NCBI GenBank assembly: GCA_010356995.1
Contig: ML996700.1
Span: forward strand, 1-64,000
Direction: 5' to 3'
Source of the DNA: Trichodelitschia bisporula
Lineage: Eukaryota
DNA length: 64,000 nucleotides
Positions 38,483-51,927 of this stretch are shown piece after piece. A program made the position numbers and the translations under genes. The notes under the pieces were generated by a model, which did no database searches, was not told the origin of the DNA, and saw nothing but the letters and a program-made list of their open reading frames with translations. Each line of letters opens with the position of its first letter. Positions within the stretch are counted from its first letter, which is position 1.

Positions 38483-40141
38483 GGTGATGCTTTGAAGGAG
38501 AGTTTTGAAGAGAGGCGGGCGACTCCAAGATAGTTGCAACACTCTGGGGGGTGTCCGTTTGCGCAATTACCTTGGAGTCTGGGGAGAGTGCGTAAGGGAG
38601 AGTGGGAAGAGGCTCGCCGAAGGAAAGTTATCGGCGAACTATGGAGCGGGGGTGGTGAAAGCTCGTGGTGGAGGGGGAGGAAACAGAAAGTGATGAAGGA
38701 AAGTAGTGGAAGAGTGGACATCATTTGCTGCCTGGTCGACGCCTGACAGCCTGTTGGTGGGGAAGTGTGTCGAGGCATCAGCGCTGCCTGAAAAAACTCT
38801 CTTCCAACATCAACCCTCGACTTTTTTTCACCGAACCCCCCATTTCTCCCTCATTTGCTTCTTTCCGTGACTTTCCATATCTTCATGTACCTCCTTTTGT
38901 CTTGGCTCAATTCCTATTGTTTGTTGCCTGCAAAACTCCTTCATCTCCATGCTTCTTCTTGGCCGTGTCTGGCGTCGCGTCGCGTCCTGTTAGTTCTACC
39001 GTAGATGCTCACGCGAGACGACGATCGGCTCCATAGGCGTTGTCGCTTTCGGTTTTCCTATATTTCAACGGACTCGTCGGGCATGGTTTCTTTCTCTGGC
39101 CTGTTTAACCATCAATTTGGGAGTAAATCGAGTGGTGCACTGAAAATAACCGTTAGCACAGATGATGGCGATCGCGTCCCATGCTGGACCACTGGCGTAG
39201 TGCTGCGGTGACAATATTCAGGTCGTCGTCGCTCTTCTCCTTCGAGTCACCACACTGCTGTGCAAATTATGGGCTCAATGCTTTTTCGAGGGGATGATTT
39301 GTTCAGGCCTTGGTGAAACTGTGAAAAGACCTCTCCAAGCCACGCCATCAACATTCCAGATTCGAAAATGCCGTTGACGGATTGTTGTAGGTCCCGACAC
39401 CCTATGGTACAAGGACGACTATTTACCCCGACAATCCCATCCGTCTGCAATCACACAAGTCAAACTTCAAAGCTCCGTCGAGGCTGAGCTTCCGTTCCAG
39501 GCCGAAGACAGGCTGATATCGCCCGATGACCCCGCTCCCGAATATCTGGACCCGAAGATGAAGCAGGCAGCAAGTACGAGTAGTACATATCCCAATTTAA
39601 GATCAGGCCGAAAGGAGTACAATTGTCGAGGCCTACGTGGGAAGTTCACACACTTCACGACGAGTACTTAAGCCTCGCCCGTCGCCTCTGGAAATATCAT
39701 GGTTGATACGAATGCTTGATCGTCTCCGAGCTCTTGTCAATGATTTGAGAACGAGGCCAATAGCTTTTGGATTAATATAGATTTCCCAGCCTCAAAGACA
39801 TCATGTTCTTGACAATGATGCTGTTATCTACGAAGGCGATAGTGTTTCCCAGGCTCAATCATGGCCATCCAGCTGCGACCAATGGCCATTACGCTTGGGA
39901 TCATGGAAGAGGTGAAGTTGCATCCTAGCCCTTCGCTAACCGACCCCGCTTAGCCCAAAGGAGCACTTCTTTCCAGCCATTGGTCTGTCATGCGCATGTA
40001 CCCTCTGGCATACCACAGCTCGTCGTTGCTCGGTCATAGAAGGCGATCCCGCCTTATCATCAAGTCATCCATGCAGGGAATCTGCCGGTACTTAATCGAC
40101 TTCCCCGCAGCGTGCCGATCCCGCAACTTCATCGCTTAAAG

Positions 40142-41583
40142 ATGTCCATTGACTTGGGATCAACAATGGGCTCTATCCATTACTGTCCGCCACTTTGGGT
40201 GCTGCCATGGGTGGTAATGGCAGTGGGCATGTGTGGGTGGCTATGGAGAGTATTCCGAGCGAACAAGGTGAGCACTCAAACCTGTACTCTGAAGTGGCAT
40301 CGTCACGGACCCATGGCTACGGAATATCATATCAAGCAGTGGAGTCATCCAAATGCTGGCTGAACGGCTTGTCTTCATTCATATCATCTCTCGAACATTT
40401 TTTGGGCAGAGCTGTACATATCACTGACTCCATCCAGAGCGCCATCATCCCAGTGCCTCCAGAGAAGACCGACATCGACAAGCTCTACACCTCCATCCAC
40501 CCCCTCACTCCCTTCACCTGGTCAGAAACACCCCCTCTCAAACTCCGCCCCTTCAAACCAACCTACCACCTAACCATGGCCCTGCAAAACACCTCCATCT
40601 CCTCCCTCCTCGTCATGGACTCCACCTACCTCACGCGGATCCAGCACCGCCGGGCCCTAGCCCGTACCCACGGTACCGAGATAATGGGCCACAACCCCGT
40701 CGCTCGCCCCGCAATCCACGAGCTCTACGCCTGGCTCTTTGGCGTGTATATCCCCCAGCGCTATCCCTCGATGTTCACCCTCTCCCCCTCCGGCTCCAGC
40801 ACCACAAATCTCGTAACTGGCGAATCGATCCCGCTCTCCCCGCTCCCCTCCCCCGCCGCCTGTCTGGAGCTCATGAACGCGCACATCGACACCGAGTTCG
40901 CCATTCTGCTCCCCACCTCGTCACCCACGTCCCCCGTCTATGATTCCAAACCCCCAGCCGAACCAGAGCCCTACCACCTGCACTCCTTCCTCCTCGCTAC
41001 GCCCAGCGGCTTCAACACCCCCCTCAAACTCTCCCTCCCCCTCGCATCCATCCACGCCCCCGTACCCGGCTACTCCACCCGTTTGCAGAAAAGCATGGAC
41101 CGATTCTTCGCCACCCTGCCCTTCGGCAAGATAGTCCAGCGCGCAAACTGGTCCGTGCAAACCGACACCGACTTCTTCAAGCTCGCGGGGTCGCACATCG
41201 CGTCCGAGGAGCCCGGTATGGCGCCGGCAGGGTACGAGGCCAGTGAGGAGGAGGAGAGGGCGTGGGCGGAAGAGGCGGCAAGGGTGGATCCCGAGCGTTG
41301 TAGACTGAGGTGTGAGCGCCAGACGCTGCATCGGCTTCCGCAGACGGGCGCGCTGGTGTTTGCGATCAAGACGTATATGTACCCGCTGAGGGAGGTGCTG
41401 GATGAGGGGTTAGGCGGGGAGATGGCGGATGCGGTGGAAGGCTTGGGGAAGGGAAGTGTGCCGGGCATGAAAGTGTATAAGCGTGGTGTGGTATGGGGAC
41501 CCAAGGTGTCCGAGTACTTGCGCAGTGGCGGTGGACAAGTCACGAGCGAGGCGAAGAGCGAGCCAGAAGCAACGAGCGGATGA
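40142..41583 (+). CDS. DUF3445 (heme-dependent oxidative N-demethylase alpha-subunit-like) protein with an N-terminal TM helix, 2 exons
   Basis: LRPFKPTYHLTMAL, MDSTYLTRI, IHAPVPGY, MDRFF, RANWSVQ, RCERQTLHRLP, FAIKTYMYPL. Intron is 40268-40437; the start codon is uncertain. Confidence 0.82.
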
Positions 41584-41754
41584 GCCAGAGCTCAGTTTTA
41601 GGGATTAGGTCTAGGAGCCACAGCAGGCTCGGTCATAAGGTAAGTGAGAGTGTCAGACAAATCGAATTACAACGCTAAAACCGCAAAATAAACGCCGGGC
41701 CATGCATGAGAATCGCAAAAACACATTTAACACCATACCAGGGCAACATCCCCC

Positions 41755-42723
41755 TTACGCACGCGCCATCACGTTCGCACTCCGCGCATCCCGCGCGAAA
41801 TGCACCTTCGGCAGGGCGCTCGTGCAATCGATCAACGCGCCCGCACCCGCCGTGTCAAGGAGCTGCATCCGCCCAAACGCACTCGTAAACGCCGCGTCCC
41901 ACCCGAACTTGTCGCCGCTGAACTGCTTCATCACGGGCCCGACCTCGGCTTGAGCCGCGAGGTTGGAATCGGACACAAACGTAAACGGCGCGAGCTTCTT
42001 GATCGTCTGCACGAAGTAGGTCACGTCCCACACGCCAGGGGTGGTGTCTTGCGGGGCGCCGGCCTTGCTGGGGTCAGTCGTGAACTGGCGTGATGCGGTG
42101 TGGGCGCCGATGAGCGCGGCGAGATCTTGCGCGCTGAAGCCGCGCGCTTCGAAGTGCTGCAGGGATTCGTCGCCGCCGGCGTCGGCTGGGGGGAGTTGAC
42201 CGTCGGGTGCCGCGATCCCGGAGTCTTTGCGCCCGACATAAGTCGTGGTGACGGGGCCGGAGGGGCAGGATACCACGGCGTGGGCTAGGGGGGTCAGCAC
42301 GGGGCCGTTAGGCGGGCCGGGGGCCTAAGGGGGGGACTTACACCCAGCGAAGGCAATCATGTCAGCAACCGATACACCATACTTGTTGGCCAGGGCCTTG
42401 AGGGTGTTGACGGGGCCGATGAGGGCGGCGTTAGGAGGGCGGGCGAGCTCTTCGGGGAGGGACAGGGAGCCGTCGCACCCGCCTTGCGGGAAGCAGTCGT
42501 GGAAGACGGCGCGGATGGCGCCGCGGGCGAGGTCGGTGCATTGGCCGCCGGAGACGAAGAGCGTGGTCAACTCGTGGCTGATGGAGGACCAGACGGGGGG
42601 GCAGGAGCCCGATGGGGCGGTGGAGGTGCTGTTGTAGGCGTCGCGGCGGAGGAGGGAGCCGATGTCGAGGGAGAAGGCGGAGGTGGAGGCGGCGAGGAGG
42701 ACGACGCTGGTGGTGAAATGCAT
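41755..42723 (-). CDS. Secreted class II fungal heme peroxidase (AA2-like, probably generic), 2 exons
   Basis: Signal peptide, distal IRAVFHDC, GCDGS, ADMIAFAG, CPSGP, VGRKD, proximal LIGAHT, DTTPGVWD. Confidence 0.92.
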
Positions 42724-45700
42724 GGTGCCGGTGGGGTGGGTTGGGTTGTATTAAGTGTGTGGGATGGAAGGATTGGAGATGCTTGAAGCGAAAGGCGTAT
42801 GTGAAATGCAAAGACTTATAGGAAAATGGAATGGGAGTATGGTTTTCTGATGCTGATTTGTGCTGGATGAACGAGAAGGCCGTGACGGACAAGGCGGACC
42901 TTTATAACTTGCAATCAGAGGCCTCGAATGGGCGCTCCGTCGCGCACGAAGCCGTCGGTGTGTGCGTGCTAGCGGCGCCATTGGGAACTCCGCCTCCGAT
43001 GGTACATAGGAAAAGCGCGTCTGACACGATAATGGTGTCGTGCCTAATTTGGAGTGGGTGGAGTGGGCCGCAGCAGCAAGAGGCCGTAGTGAAGGTGAGC
43101 TGTGTGCTGTGCAGGGGGCCTGATGGGTGATCCTATCCACCCGAGATCACCAGAATAAGCTTCCGGCGCAGCACAGCAGCATCGTACAGTATCCGCCATG
43201 GCCGGCCACTACAAAACGCCCTGTGAGGCGTTGAGCCGCACTTTTGGCATAATACGGCGCGGCTCATTGGTTCCAGGAGCTGCGTGGCAGGCTGTGCTGA
43301 TCTTTGGGGTCGGTCTGGAATAGTCACTATGGCTGCTGCCCAGGCAAACAATAATGCAGGACAACAGGAAGACAGCTTATGGGGGTTTGTTGAGACACAC
43401 AGGTACCTGGCGATCAGATCAGGGCATTGTGATGAGGATGTGATGATGATACTGGATACCGCGGGCATGGAAGCGGCATATCCGCTCGTGTCCGATACTT
43501 CCTACATACGGAGTACCGTAGCTACATGCGGTAGGTGTGCACAGCTAGCCATGTCGCTCGTGGTCATCGCATCCTGCGGTGTGTGGAGCAGACGTGGAGC
43601 GGACGTGGAGCGCTACGTTGCGTTCAGCAAGGCCAAGAGGCAAACGCTGGCTCTTTCAAGGCTGAGCTGAAGTGAGAAAGTGGAGGACGGTAAGTCGTCG
43701 GAATGCCGATAGCGAGCCGACGGCTGGGAAGCGGGAAGCGGAGAGAATGCAGCAAACCACGATGATCAGACGAGACAACACGACGATGCAAGAGAAATCC
43801 AAGACTTGGTCAGACGCGGGGCAATTATTGGGCTGAAGCAAAGCAAAGCATCGTTCGGCAGCGGAGAAAAGTGCCGCCATCACGCCAGCACGCTTACTCC
43901 CGTCCAAGCCACCCAAAAATAGCCTGCAGGCACAACTCCGCCCTTCCGCATCTCCACCACTCAGCATCCCCAGAACGAACCTTCTGCATCAGCGCCCAGC
44001 CTCCTCGGATCCCGCAAAGCCTCACATTCGCCGCATTCCAGCAGCCTACGGGTCTGCCACATTCCCGGGTCTCCGCGCTGCAGGCAGCACGACCTCAACA
44101 CAGCACGACCTCACCACCGCCAACCGGCCCATCGTCCCCCGCAGAGCGCTCTCGACGATGAACAGCATCTAGACCCGCACCTACTGCACGTCGCCCCCTC
44201 GACCTCACTCCGCGCGCCAATTGGTAGCATCCGCCGGCCCGAACACCGGACCGGACCCCCCCCCCACCTCAGTCCTCAGCTTCGAAGCTCGCAGCCGCGC
44301 CTGCCAGCAGACTAGCGGCCGAGTCTCGCCTACGCCGGTGCACCGCTGGCTTCGTGTGGAGCGCGGCCAGTGGGGGACCACGAGCGTAATGCCCGGATTG
44401 GGGAGGGTGTGATTTGCTACTCTGTGTTGTCCTGGTGGGTCCGGGGCTGAGATGCCGGACGGCTCGGGTTCGGGCTTCACGACTCCAGCGTAGGTATGTA
44501 CTGTGATTTTGGGACGGGCGTGCAGTGCGGTGAGCGTGCTCGCTAAGGGGATGCATGTTGTATAACCGTGCTCCACACGTGTCTGGTGGTAATGGGACGG
44601 TGTGCTACCGTGCCGCTAGCACGGGGACGTGAACCCTCAGGCAACGACCTTGAAGTCCCTTCGGGGCCGCCGGCAGGTGGAACAAAGCTTATATTATCAC
44701 GCATCCGGCGCGGCGCTGGGTGCGGCAGCGACACCAAGATGCCTTCCTCCCGTTACCAGTGGAACTATGGTAGAGATAATCTCCGCCCGACGGGTGCTTG
44801 CCTGAGATGTGGTATCGCCGTCACCGTTACCCCATCTCATTGTGTAGCACGCGGGTTGCGAGTAGCGTGGGAGGCCTTTGCGTTCTATCGGGAATACCGT
44901 GTGGTCGGTGTTTCGGCGTGTCAGCGTTGTAGTTCTCAGCCTGCTGTGTGCTTTTTGGGGGGGGCTTAACTCATGATTACTGGCGGTTTGCCGCTAGGGA
45001 ACTGAGGGTTTGGCCGAGGGAGTTGGTCATGGATATTGGATTGTTGCTAATCGATGGCGGACATTTCCGGTGCGTGCTGGACTTGAGGTGCGGCGCGCTG
45101 ATCGTCTACAGGGCATGGGGGGATTCACGTTCCCGATGCTTCTTCACGTGTAGCGTGTGTTGAGTCTTGGGGGCGCTTTGAGCATCGTTCGCATGCCGTG
45201 GTGCTTCCCACAAGCAGCCGCCCGGGAGTATCAACGGAAATATCCGCCTCGAGGTGAATCCAACGGCCTCATCCTGACCATCCCAATAAAGATCAACTTG
45301 TTTCATCGCCAAAACAAGACTTATTCCCCCTACGGTGGCCTAAACGGGAGAAATTATACAAAACAGTTTCACTGCATTTCCAAGGCCCGAGGCTCCCTCA
45401 ATCCATCCAAGGGGTCCTAGACGATCCTCATCTCCACGAAGTTCGAGTACTGCGGGACGTTTCAGAGTTCGGGAAAACAGAGACATCAGTATACGGCCCG
45501 CTAGGTCCCCGCAAAATAAACATTAGATCTTCACAGCGATAGCCCCATCTGTGCTAAGAGTAGACCAAGCTTTCGCGGGCCGCAGTACACAGCCTTGCAC
45601 GTCAGCCTTGCGCCTCATCAGCCCTACCCATATCACCACACCCCCCCAAAACACCACGAAGACCGTACACACGGGCGTCTACCATAGTATTCACTATCCA

Positions 45701-45818
45701 TCATAACTACATGTCCCACAATCCACAACCCACCAAGCGCCGCCATCAGCCGCACCTACCCCCAACGCCGCCCTCCCAGAACTCAGAACCCAATCAAGCA
45801 AAGTAAAAGCCCCTAGTT

Positions 45819-48409
45819 CTAGTGATCCGCCGCCCGCCCACTCCCCATCCTCTCAATATTACTCATCATCCTACTCTTCCCCACACCACCCCCGCGGGCC
45901 GGAGCCCCAATCCTGCTCCCCGACAACCCAAACCGCGGCCCCGGAAGTCCACTCGGGCGCGCCGTGCCGGCCCCGCCACTCGTGTTCATTCCGACACTCC
46001 GGCGGAAATCATCCACCGCCGCCACCGCCGGCGCCACGCTTGCAACGCTCTGCGGCGCACTCTGCTCCGCGGCCTTCATGTCGGCTTGAAGGGCCAGCAT
46101 CTCATCCACCGCAGCGACAAGCTCGCCCTTCTCGACGCGCTCGCGCTCAAGCTCAGCCATCAGAACCGCAAACTCATTCCGCGCAGCGCGCAACTCCGTC
46201 TCCCGGCCCACGAGCTCAGCCTTCTGGCGCTCAATCAGCGCAGCCTGGTCCTCCGCCAGAAGACGCTGAGCCTCACGCTTCTCCCCACCAAGGACGGACA
46301 TATCGGGAATGATATGCACGCCGCTCATCGTGGCATCGAGCTTCAGTTGCAGGTCCTCGTTTTTCTTTTCCAAGTCCTCGATCCGGGAGACTAGTTCGGA
46401 CGTCTTTTCCCTGAACTTGGCTTCCAGGCCTTTGCGCAGACCGGCGACTTTGGCGCTATGTTTCTTTTTGTAGATGGAGTGCAGCTCGGTGGACAGGCTG
46501 TGGATCTTCTCGTCCATCTGCGCGCGCACTTGCTCTGCGCTGAAGAGCGACTCGCCATCAGCTACCGCGCCATCTGCGCGCAGTACAGGGGTGTGCATGA
46601 CGCGAGACGCAGCCTCTGCGGCACGGGCTTCGGCATCGCGGGCACGATCCTCAGCCTCGTGTGCACGCGTCTCCGCGTCTTCAGCCCGCGCAACCAGCGC
46701 CTCGCGCTCGCGCTCCGAGTTCATGACCTCGGCGCGGACTTCCTTGAGAATAGCCTCGAACTCGCGGCCGCGGCGCGCCCACTCGTCGCGCTCGCGCTCG
46801 ACGGCCTCACGCCGGGACTTCTCCTCGCGAGACAGCTCGACAGCCTCGCCGACACGGCGCTCAGCGTCGCTCACCGCTTTCTTAAGCGCCGCGACTTCGG
46901 CCTCCCGGCCCTGGAGCGTAGCCTTCAGACTCGAGATCTCAGACCCCAGACGCGACTTCAGGGACTCGAGTTCGCGGATTGTGATGCTAGGAATAGAGCG
47001 CGGGGTGGGGGCGGGCGGGAGTTCGAAGTCGAGTAGGTTGAGGAGGGCGCCCTTGCTGCCCGCTGGCGTGCTAGGTGGCTTTTGAGGGGAGCGCTGCGAG
47101 TTGAGGTATGAGAGTACGCCGTTGGATTTGGCGGGCGAGCGGGCTTTCATGGAGCGGGAGAGGGCTGAGACGGACTCGAATTGCTGGGTGAAGTCGAGGA
47201 GGAGGTTTGTTGTGTCGTTGTCTTCGCGGCGGGAGCGCTTGGAGGTGGGGGAGGGGGATCGGTGGGTTGGGAGACGGCGCTCTGTGCGGAGAGTTTGGGA
47301 GTGGTGGAGGCGTGGGGTCTGGATGGGTTAGTGATGGATGGGAAATAGGGCGAGGCGCGTACCTGGTCGAAGAGATTCTTCTTGGTGGCGCTCTGGCCCA
47401 GTTGCGCAAACTTGGTCATGTCTGCGTTCTGCACTTCCGAAAATGTGCTGAAGCAGGTGTCGTCAATGGTGTCGTCGACGTGGAGGTCGAGACCCGTGGA
47501 GTCGCCGATCTCGGTGTCCTCAGCGCGGCGCAGAACTGAGTGCTCGGGGTCGTAGTGGATCTCGGTCATGTCGAAGACGCTGTTGTCGACCTGTCCGGGA
47601 CTATCAGCGGGTTTGGGTTGTGGGTCCGATGCATGTTTGAGAGGCGAATTGATGAGCGGAGTTGTTGGCCTAGCGAGGTTGGGCGTGGCATCGGCGAAGC
47701 TATGCGCCGTCTTGAAAGTAACCGTCTCCTCGTCTGTGTAACGATATGTGTCTTTGGGGCAGTCGTCCCCGGCTTCTTCGCATACACTCTTTTCCAGACT
47801 CTTGCTCGGCAATTCGTGCGTCACTTCGTATGTCTCCTCATGCGTCTCTTCGTATGTCTCTTCGTACGTCCCTTCGTACGTCTCTTCGTCTGCGGAACGA
47901 TATGTATTGACGGGGTACTCATCCCCGTCCCCGTATACCCTCTGTTGCAGACTCTTGCTCGGCAATTCGTGCATCACTTCGTATGTCTCCTTACGCGTCT
48001 CTTCGTACGTCTCTTCGTACATCTCTTCATGCGTCTCTTCGCGCGTCTCTTCGTGCGTCACCCCGTTCTCAATGCTGTCGCCCATCTCGGTGTCAACCAA
48101 GCTCTCCTCGGGAGCTGGAGATGGCTTCGACTCGGCCGGAACCTCCTCGAAAACTGGAGAAGGCACCGACTCAACCGCCTTGTCTTTGTCCTTATTATCG
48201 ACGGAAACTTCAGTGATAAAAGGCGAGCTGGGAAGCTCGTCCCAGGTAATTTCGTCTTCGTCGGGAGTACGCGCCACTTTGTCGCTCAGAGCCTTCTCGC
48301 TCAGGGCTTTTTCGCTCGAAACTTTCTTCGGCGTGAATTGCAAGAGATCGGGTTGACGCGCATTGAGCGAGTTCGAGGACAGCGGTAAAAGAGGACCGGG
48401 ACTAGCCAT
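45819..48409 (-). CDS. Coiled-coil spindle/kinetochore protein, fungal TACC (Slk19/Alp7-like), 2 exons
   Basis: DTCFSTFS, NLLLDFTQQ, DFELPPAPTPRSIPSIT, a long coiled coil and ELHSIYKKKHSAKVAGL. Intron at about 47319-47362. Confidence 0.75.
47740..48060. repeat. Intragenic ~153-bp duplication containing 12-bp microrepeats (EET[YHR])
   Basis: CAGACTCTTGCTCGGCAATTCGTGC at 47795 and 47948, with repeated TCTTCGTA[CT]GTC units. Confidence 0.9.
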
Positions 48410-48851
48410 GGCGAAAGATGTGGTGTCGTGATCAGTCGGTCTGGGGCTGCTGTGCTAGGATGCTGGAATAAATTTGTTGTTATGTTGTGGAGGTTGATGT
48501 AAACACGAGCACGGACCATGTAAACGTGGCGTCGCTACAGTAGGTTGTGGCCCTGCCAAGCCTTGCCGCTCGACCTCATCCTAGCGGCTTTGTCGTGGCA
48601 ACGTCTGACATCAACTTCGCCATCCCGCGTTGAACGGTCTACTGCGTATGGACAATTTGGGTGCGAGCACGGTTATGGCACGATTTAGTTCCCATCTCAG
48701 TTACTCCTGTCCGTCCTTTTCCATATGCATCACTGCCCACCCATCCCATGTACTCCTGTCTGAATCAATTTATCCATATTCCACCCATCTCAAGTACTCC
48801 GTCTAAATCTATCAATATACCAGTCACTGCCCGCCCATCTGCGCCTTCTGT

Positions 48852-50240
48852 CTATTCCTTCTTCTCTCCCTCACCCAGGTCGCGTGACCCCCAAACAGTC
48901 TATACAAAGTCAGTGTCATTGCTCGTACCGGAAGGGAAGGTGGCTGTTACTTACAGTGCTGAGAGTGAGAAGAGCATATATGTTGATGAACCCATGGATC
49001 CACCCGAAGAGGATGGCCGCCGGCACGTAGATCAGGTCCTGCGGGTAGCAGCTGAAGTGCGGGATGAGCTTAACTAGCTTCGTGAAAAGCAGCCAGATCC
49101 CGAACATCGCCATCACTAACGTCTTGTCGACATCCTGTCCAACTTCGTGGTAGAGCAGGCATGCCAGGACAACCTCAACAACGACAGACGGGATTATCCA
49201 GAGGAGGGTATATACCGCGTATACCGACCACGGGTGAGAACTACCACGAATTAGCACACTCCATCCACAAATGGGAATTCACTTACCGGTACCAAAATGA
49301 CTGCTTCATCGCGCGGAAGCTAGTAAGCCGATGCCCACGAGCCCATCTCAGACACTGGTCCAGGTACTTGGACGTCTCTTCCAACGGCGTATGGATCATG
49401 GCCTCCTCAGCGAACTGGAGGCGGATCTTCCAGCCCTTCGAGTAGGCGTAGCGCGTCAGCCACGAGTCGTCATCGGCATGGAGAGGATCTCCGCCCCATG
49501 TGTCGAACAGGAAGTCATTGCGCATCTTCTTGTCGCGCAGGATATGCGTCCGGTACGAGGATGTCCGACCCGACAGTGCAGAGAATACGCTCCCGTCGAT
49601 GGCGTTCAACGAACCGGTATGGTAGTTGCGCCGCTCGATATACGACACGCCCAGGAAGTGCCAGAGGTTGGGCTTCTCCACGCGCCGAATGCGCTGCTTC
49701 GTACCAGCGGCGCCGACCGCTGGGTCCTCGAAGGCGGCCAGAAGGTACTGCAAGAAGGTCTTGGGCCAGACGACATCGTCATCTGCGAAGACAGTGATGT
49801 CCGTGAAGACGGTATCAAGCCCCTTCATTATCTGGCTGCGCTTGTTGAGCTTCATGACGCCCAAGACCTGGACTTTCTCGGTGTCGATGCCCCGGACAGG
49901 GCACATGTCCTTGACGGTCTGCAGCTTCTCCGTCGAAGTTACGAGAACCAACTTGCTCGGATTGTTGGCCAAGATGGACTGCATGCAGGCCGCCAATGCG
50001 TCAATGTCGCTCGCCGTGGTGGGCAGGACGACCGTGACGTCTTTTGCCGAGACCGTCGGCCTGTTCGGGACCGGAATCGGCTTTATAAAGAAGGCGTATG
50101 TAACGCCGTGGACAATTACCCGGAGGTAACGAAGTGCACTGCAATTGTCAGCTTTACCATTCGGCATCTGTCACGGCTACTTACACCAGGCCTATAAGCC
50201 CGGCCATATACGGGTTCATGTCTGCGACATTCATTGCCAT
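48852..50240 (-). CDS. Glycosyltransferase family 2, Cps1-like polysaccharide synthase, 4 exons
   Basis: DVTVVLPT, FADDDVVWP, LSGRTSSYR, DDDSWLTR, QCLRWAR (QxxRW), C-terminal TM segments and T.WGSR. Confidence 0.88.
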
Positions 50241-50279
50241 GGACACGGTGGATTAAACGAATGCGGAGTCCATTGTATT

Positions 50280-50405
50280 CGTTGAAGAGATCGTTTCTTC
50301 TGCTGGAAAGATCGTGTTTGCTGTTGAAGACACTGTGTGTGCTGTTAAAGAGACTGCGTGTACTGCTGAAGAGATTGTGTGTTCTTCTGGAGAGCCAGTT
50401 GCTGT
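50280..50405. repeat. Degenerate 21-bp tandem repeat (~6 copies) upstream of the GT2 start
   Basis: Minus-strand units include CACACAATCTCTTCAGCAGTA, CACGCAGTCTCTTTAACAGCA, CACACAGTGTCTTCAACAGCA and AACACGATCTTTCCAGCAGAA. Confidence 0.8.
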
Positions 50406-51927
50406 GGAAGAAAAGAATCATGATGCTGTACTGAGGATATATATCGATGGCGAGCGACATTGTGAATACGGTTCTGTGAACTCAGCAGCTTGACAAAGGG
50501 TTATGTTGTGGTGAATGGCAGCAAGAATGGTATTCGCCATTGAACCTGCCGTTCCTGGCGGATCATTGTTAACCTACAGTTCGGCGGTCCATTCATTCTG
50601 AACTCACGGTGACTATCAACTGAACGAGCATGTCCGTGGCCATTGGTCTTTGTACAAACATCTTTGGACTCCGAGCCTTAAGGAACCTTCCAACATGATG
50701 CCTTTTCCTCCTCTCGGTGGATGTATACGTTGCTCTGGATGCGGCTCCACAACATGGATATGTATAAGCAAGAAGCGGAGGAGTCTATTGCAAAGTACTT
50801 GATCTTTCAAGGGGATGGCTTGCTAAAATGTATAGGGGAGAAGGTCGACGACTAAGTTTTCAGCCGCGCGTGTGACTCCGCTCATTGCTCCAATTCCGAG
50901 GCTGGGAATCACACGATCCTTCGCCGTTTACAAGTTCCATCTCTTTGCGCCACCGACCGTTTTATCGTCGTTTTAACGTCGTTTGCACCCCAGAATTCTT
51001 TGACAGCGTTTTCATCGGCACAAGGACATTGTACCTCGTCGCAACTCGGTTTGTCTTTGTGCGGAGGATCCTCGGACTGACTGAAAGGTACCCGGAGTGA
51101 CAAAGCGGGCTGTCAACATGAGTGTTGTGAGGAAGTCATTCAATACTTTTTCGAAAGGAACCATTGTTGTGATTCCACTGGCTTGTTCTTATCTAAGTGA
51201 CATAAAAGCGGTGCTCTGGCGATGCTCCATCTCCCAACTCGTGTGAGGTTCTCAGCCTTGTCAGCCTTGCGATTTTTTCGACTGCATCAAAGGTAAGTAC
51301 AGCATCCAGCATGAAGCTAACTTTCCAGCATAACGTCTAGGGCATTTCAAGTTCATTTTCAAGTGCAATCTTATGATTGGTAGGTATTTGATTGCATCTG
51401 CGACATCGAGAAGTGGTGTTCCCCCAATTGGGATTTGCTGACTACAGGACATGGATTGCATCCGCAAAGCTCAAATCCCACCACATCTTAACATGAGCCG
51501 GTAAGCCTCACATGCGTATCTCAATCTCTCATCACACATTGTCGATCGCCACATAGAGATAGAGCTACGGAAGCGCTGAGGACGCGAGGTCTTGGCACTG
51601 ATTTGTGCGTTGCGCGCTCACGTGATCATGTCATCCTCTTCAAACTCAGAGATCGCACATCTCCCTCTCTCTTCATCATCAATTTACTCAATTCATGTTC
51701 AGCTTTCTCCCATGCCAGTGACAATATCAAACTTCCATTAACACTCCTCCCTCATCCCCTCGGCGAAGCGGAACGGCCCGGCCAAACAATCCCCCCGCAC
51801 CCGATTACCGACTGACGTAGCACCCGCACCCCGCACTGCGGGGCACGCGCCAACAAGACGCAAGCTGCAGCAAACCTCCAACCTTAATTTCATCCCCCAC
51901 GCGCCACATCCGCCGCCGCCAGCAACC

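Noticed and set aside
44435..44495. TPP-riboswitch-like words (GGGGCTGAGA ... CCAGCGTAGG)
   Set aside because: It lacks the CUGAU/GGNUAAU P4-P5 core, and no thiamine-related gene is adjacent.
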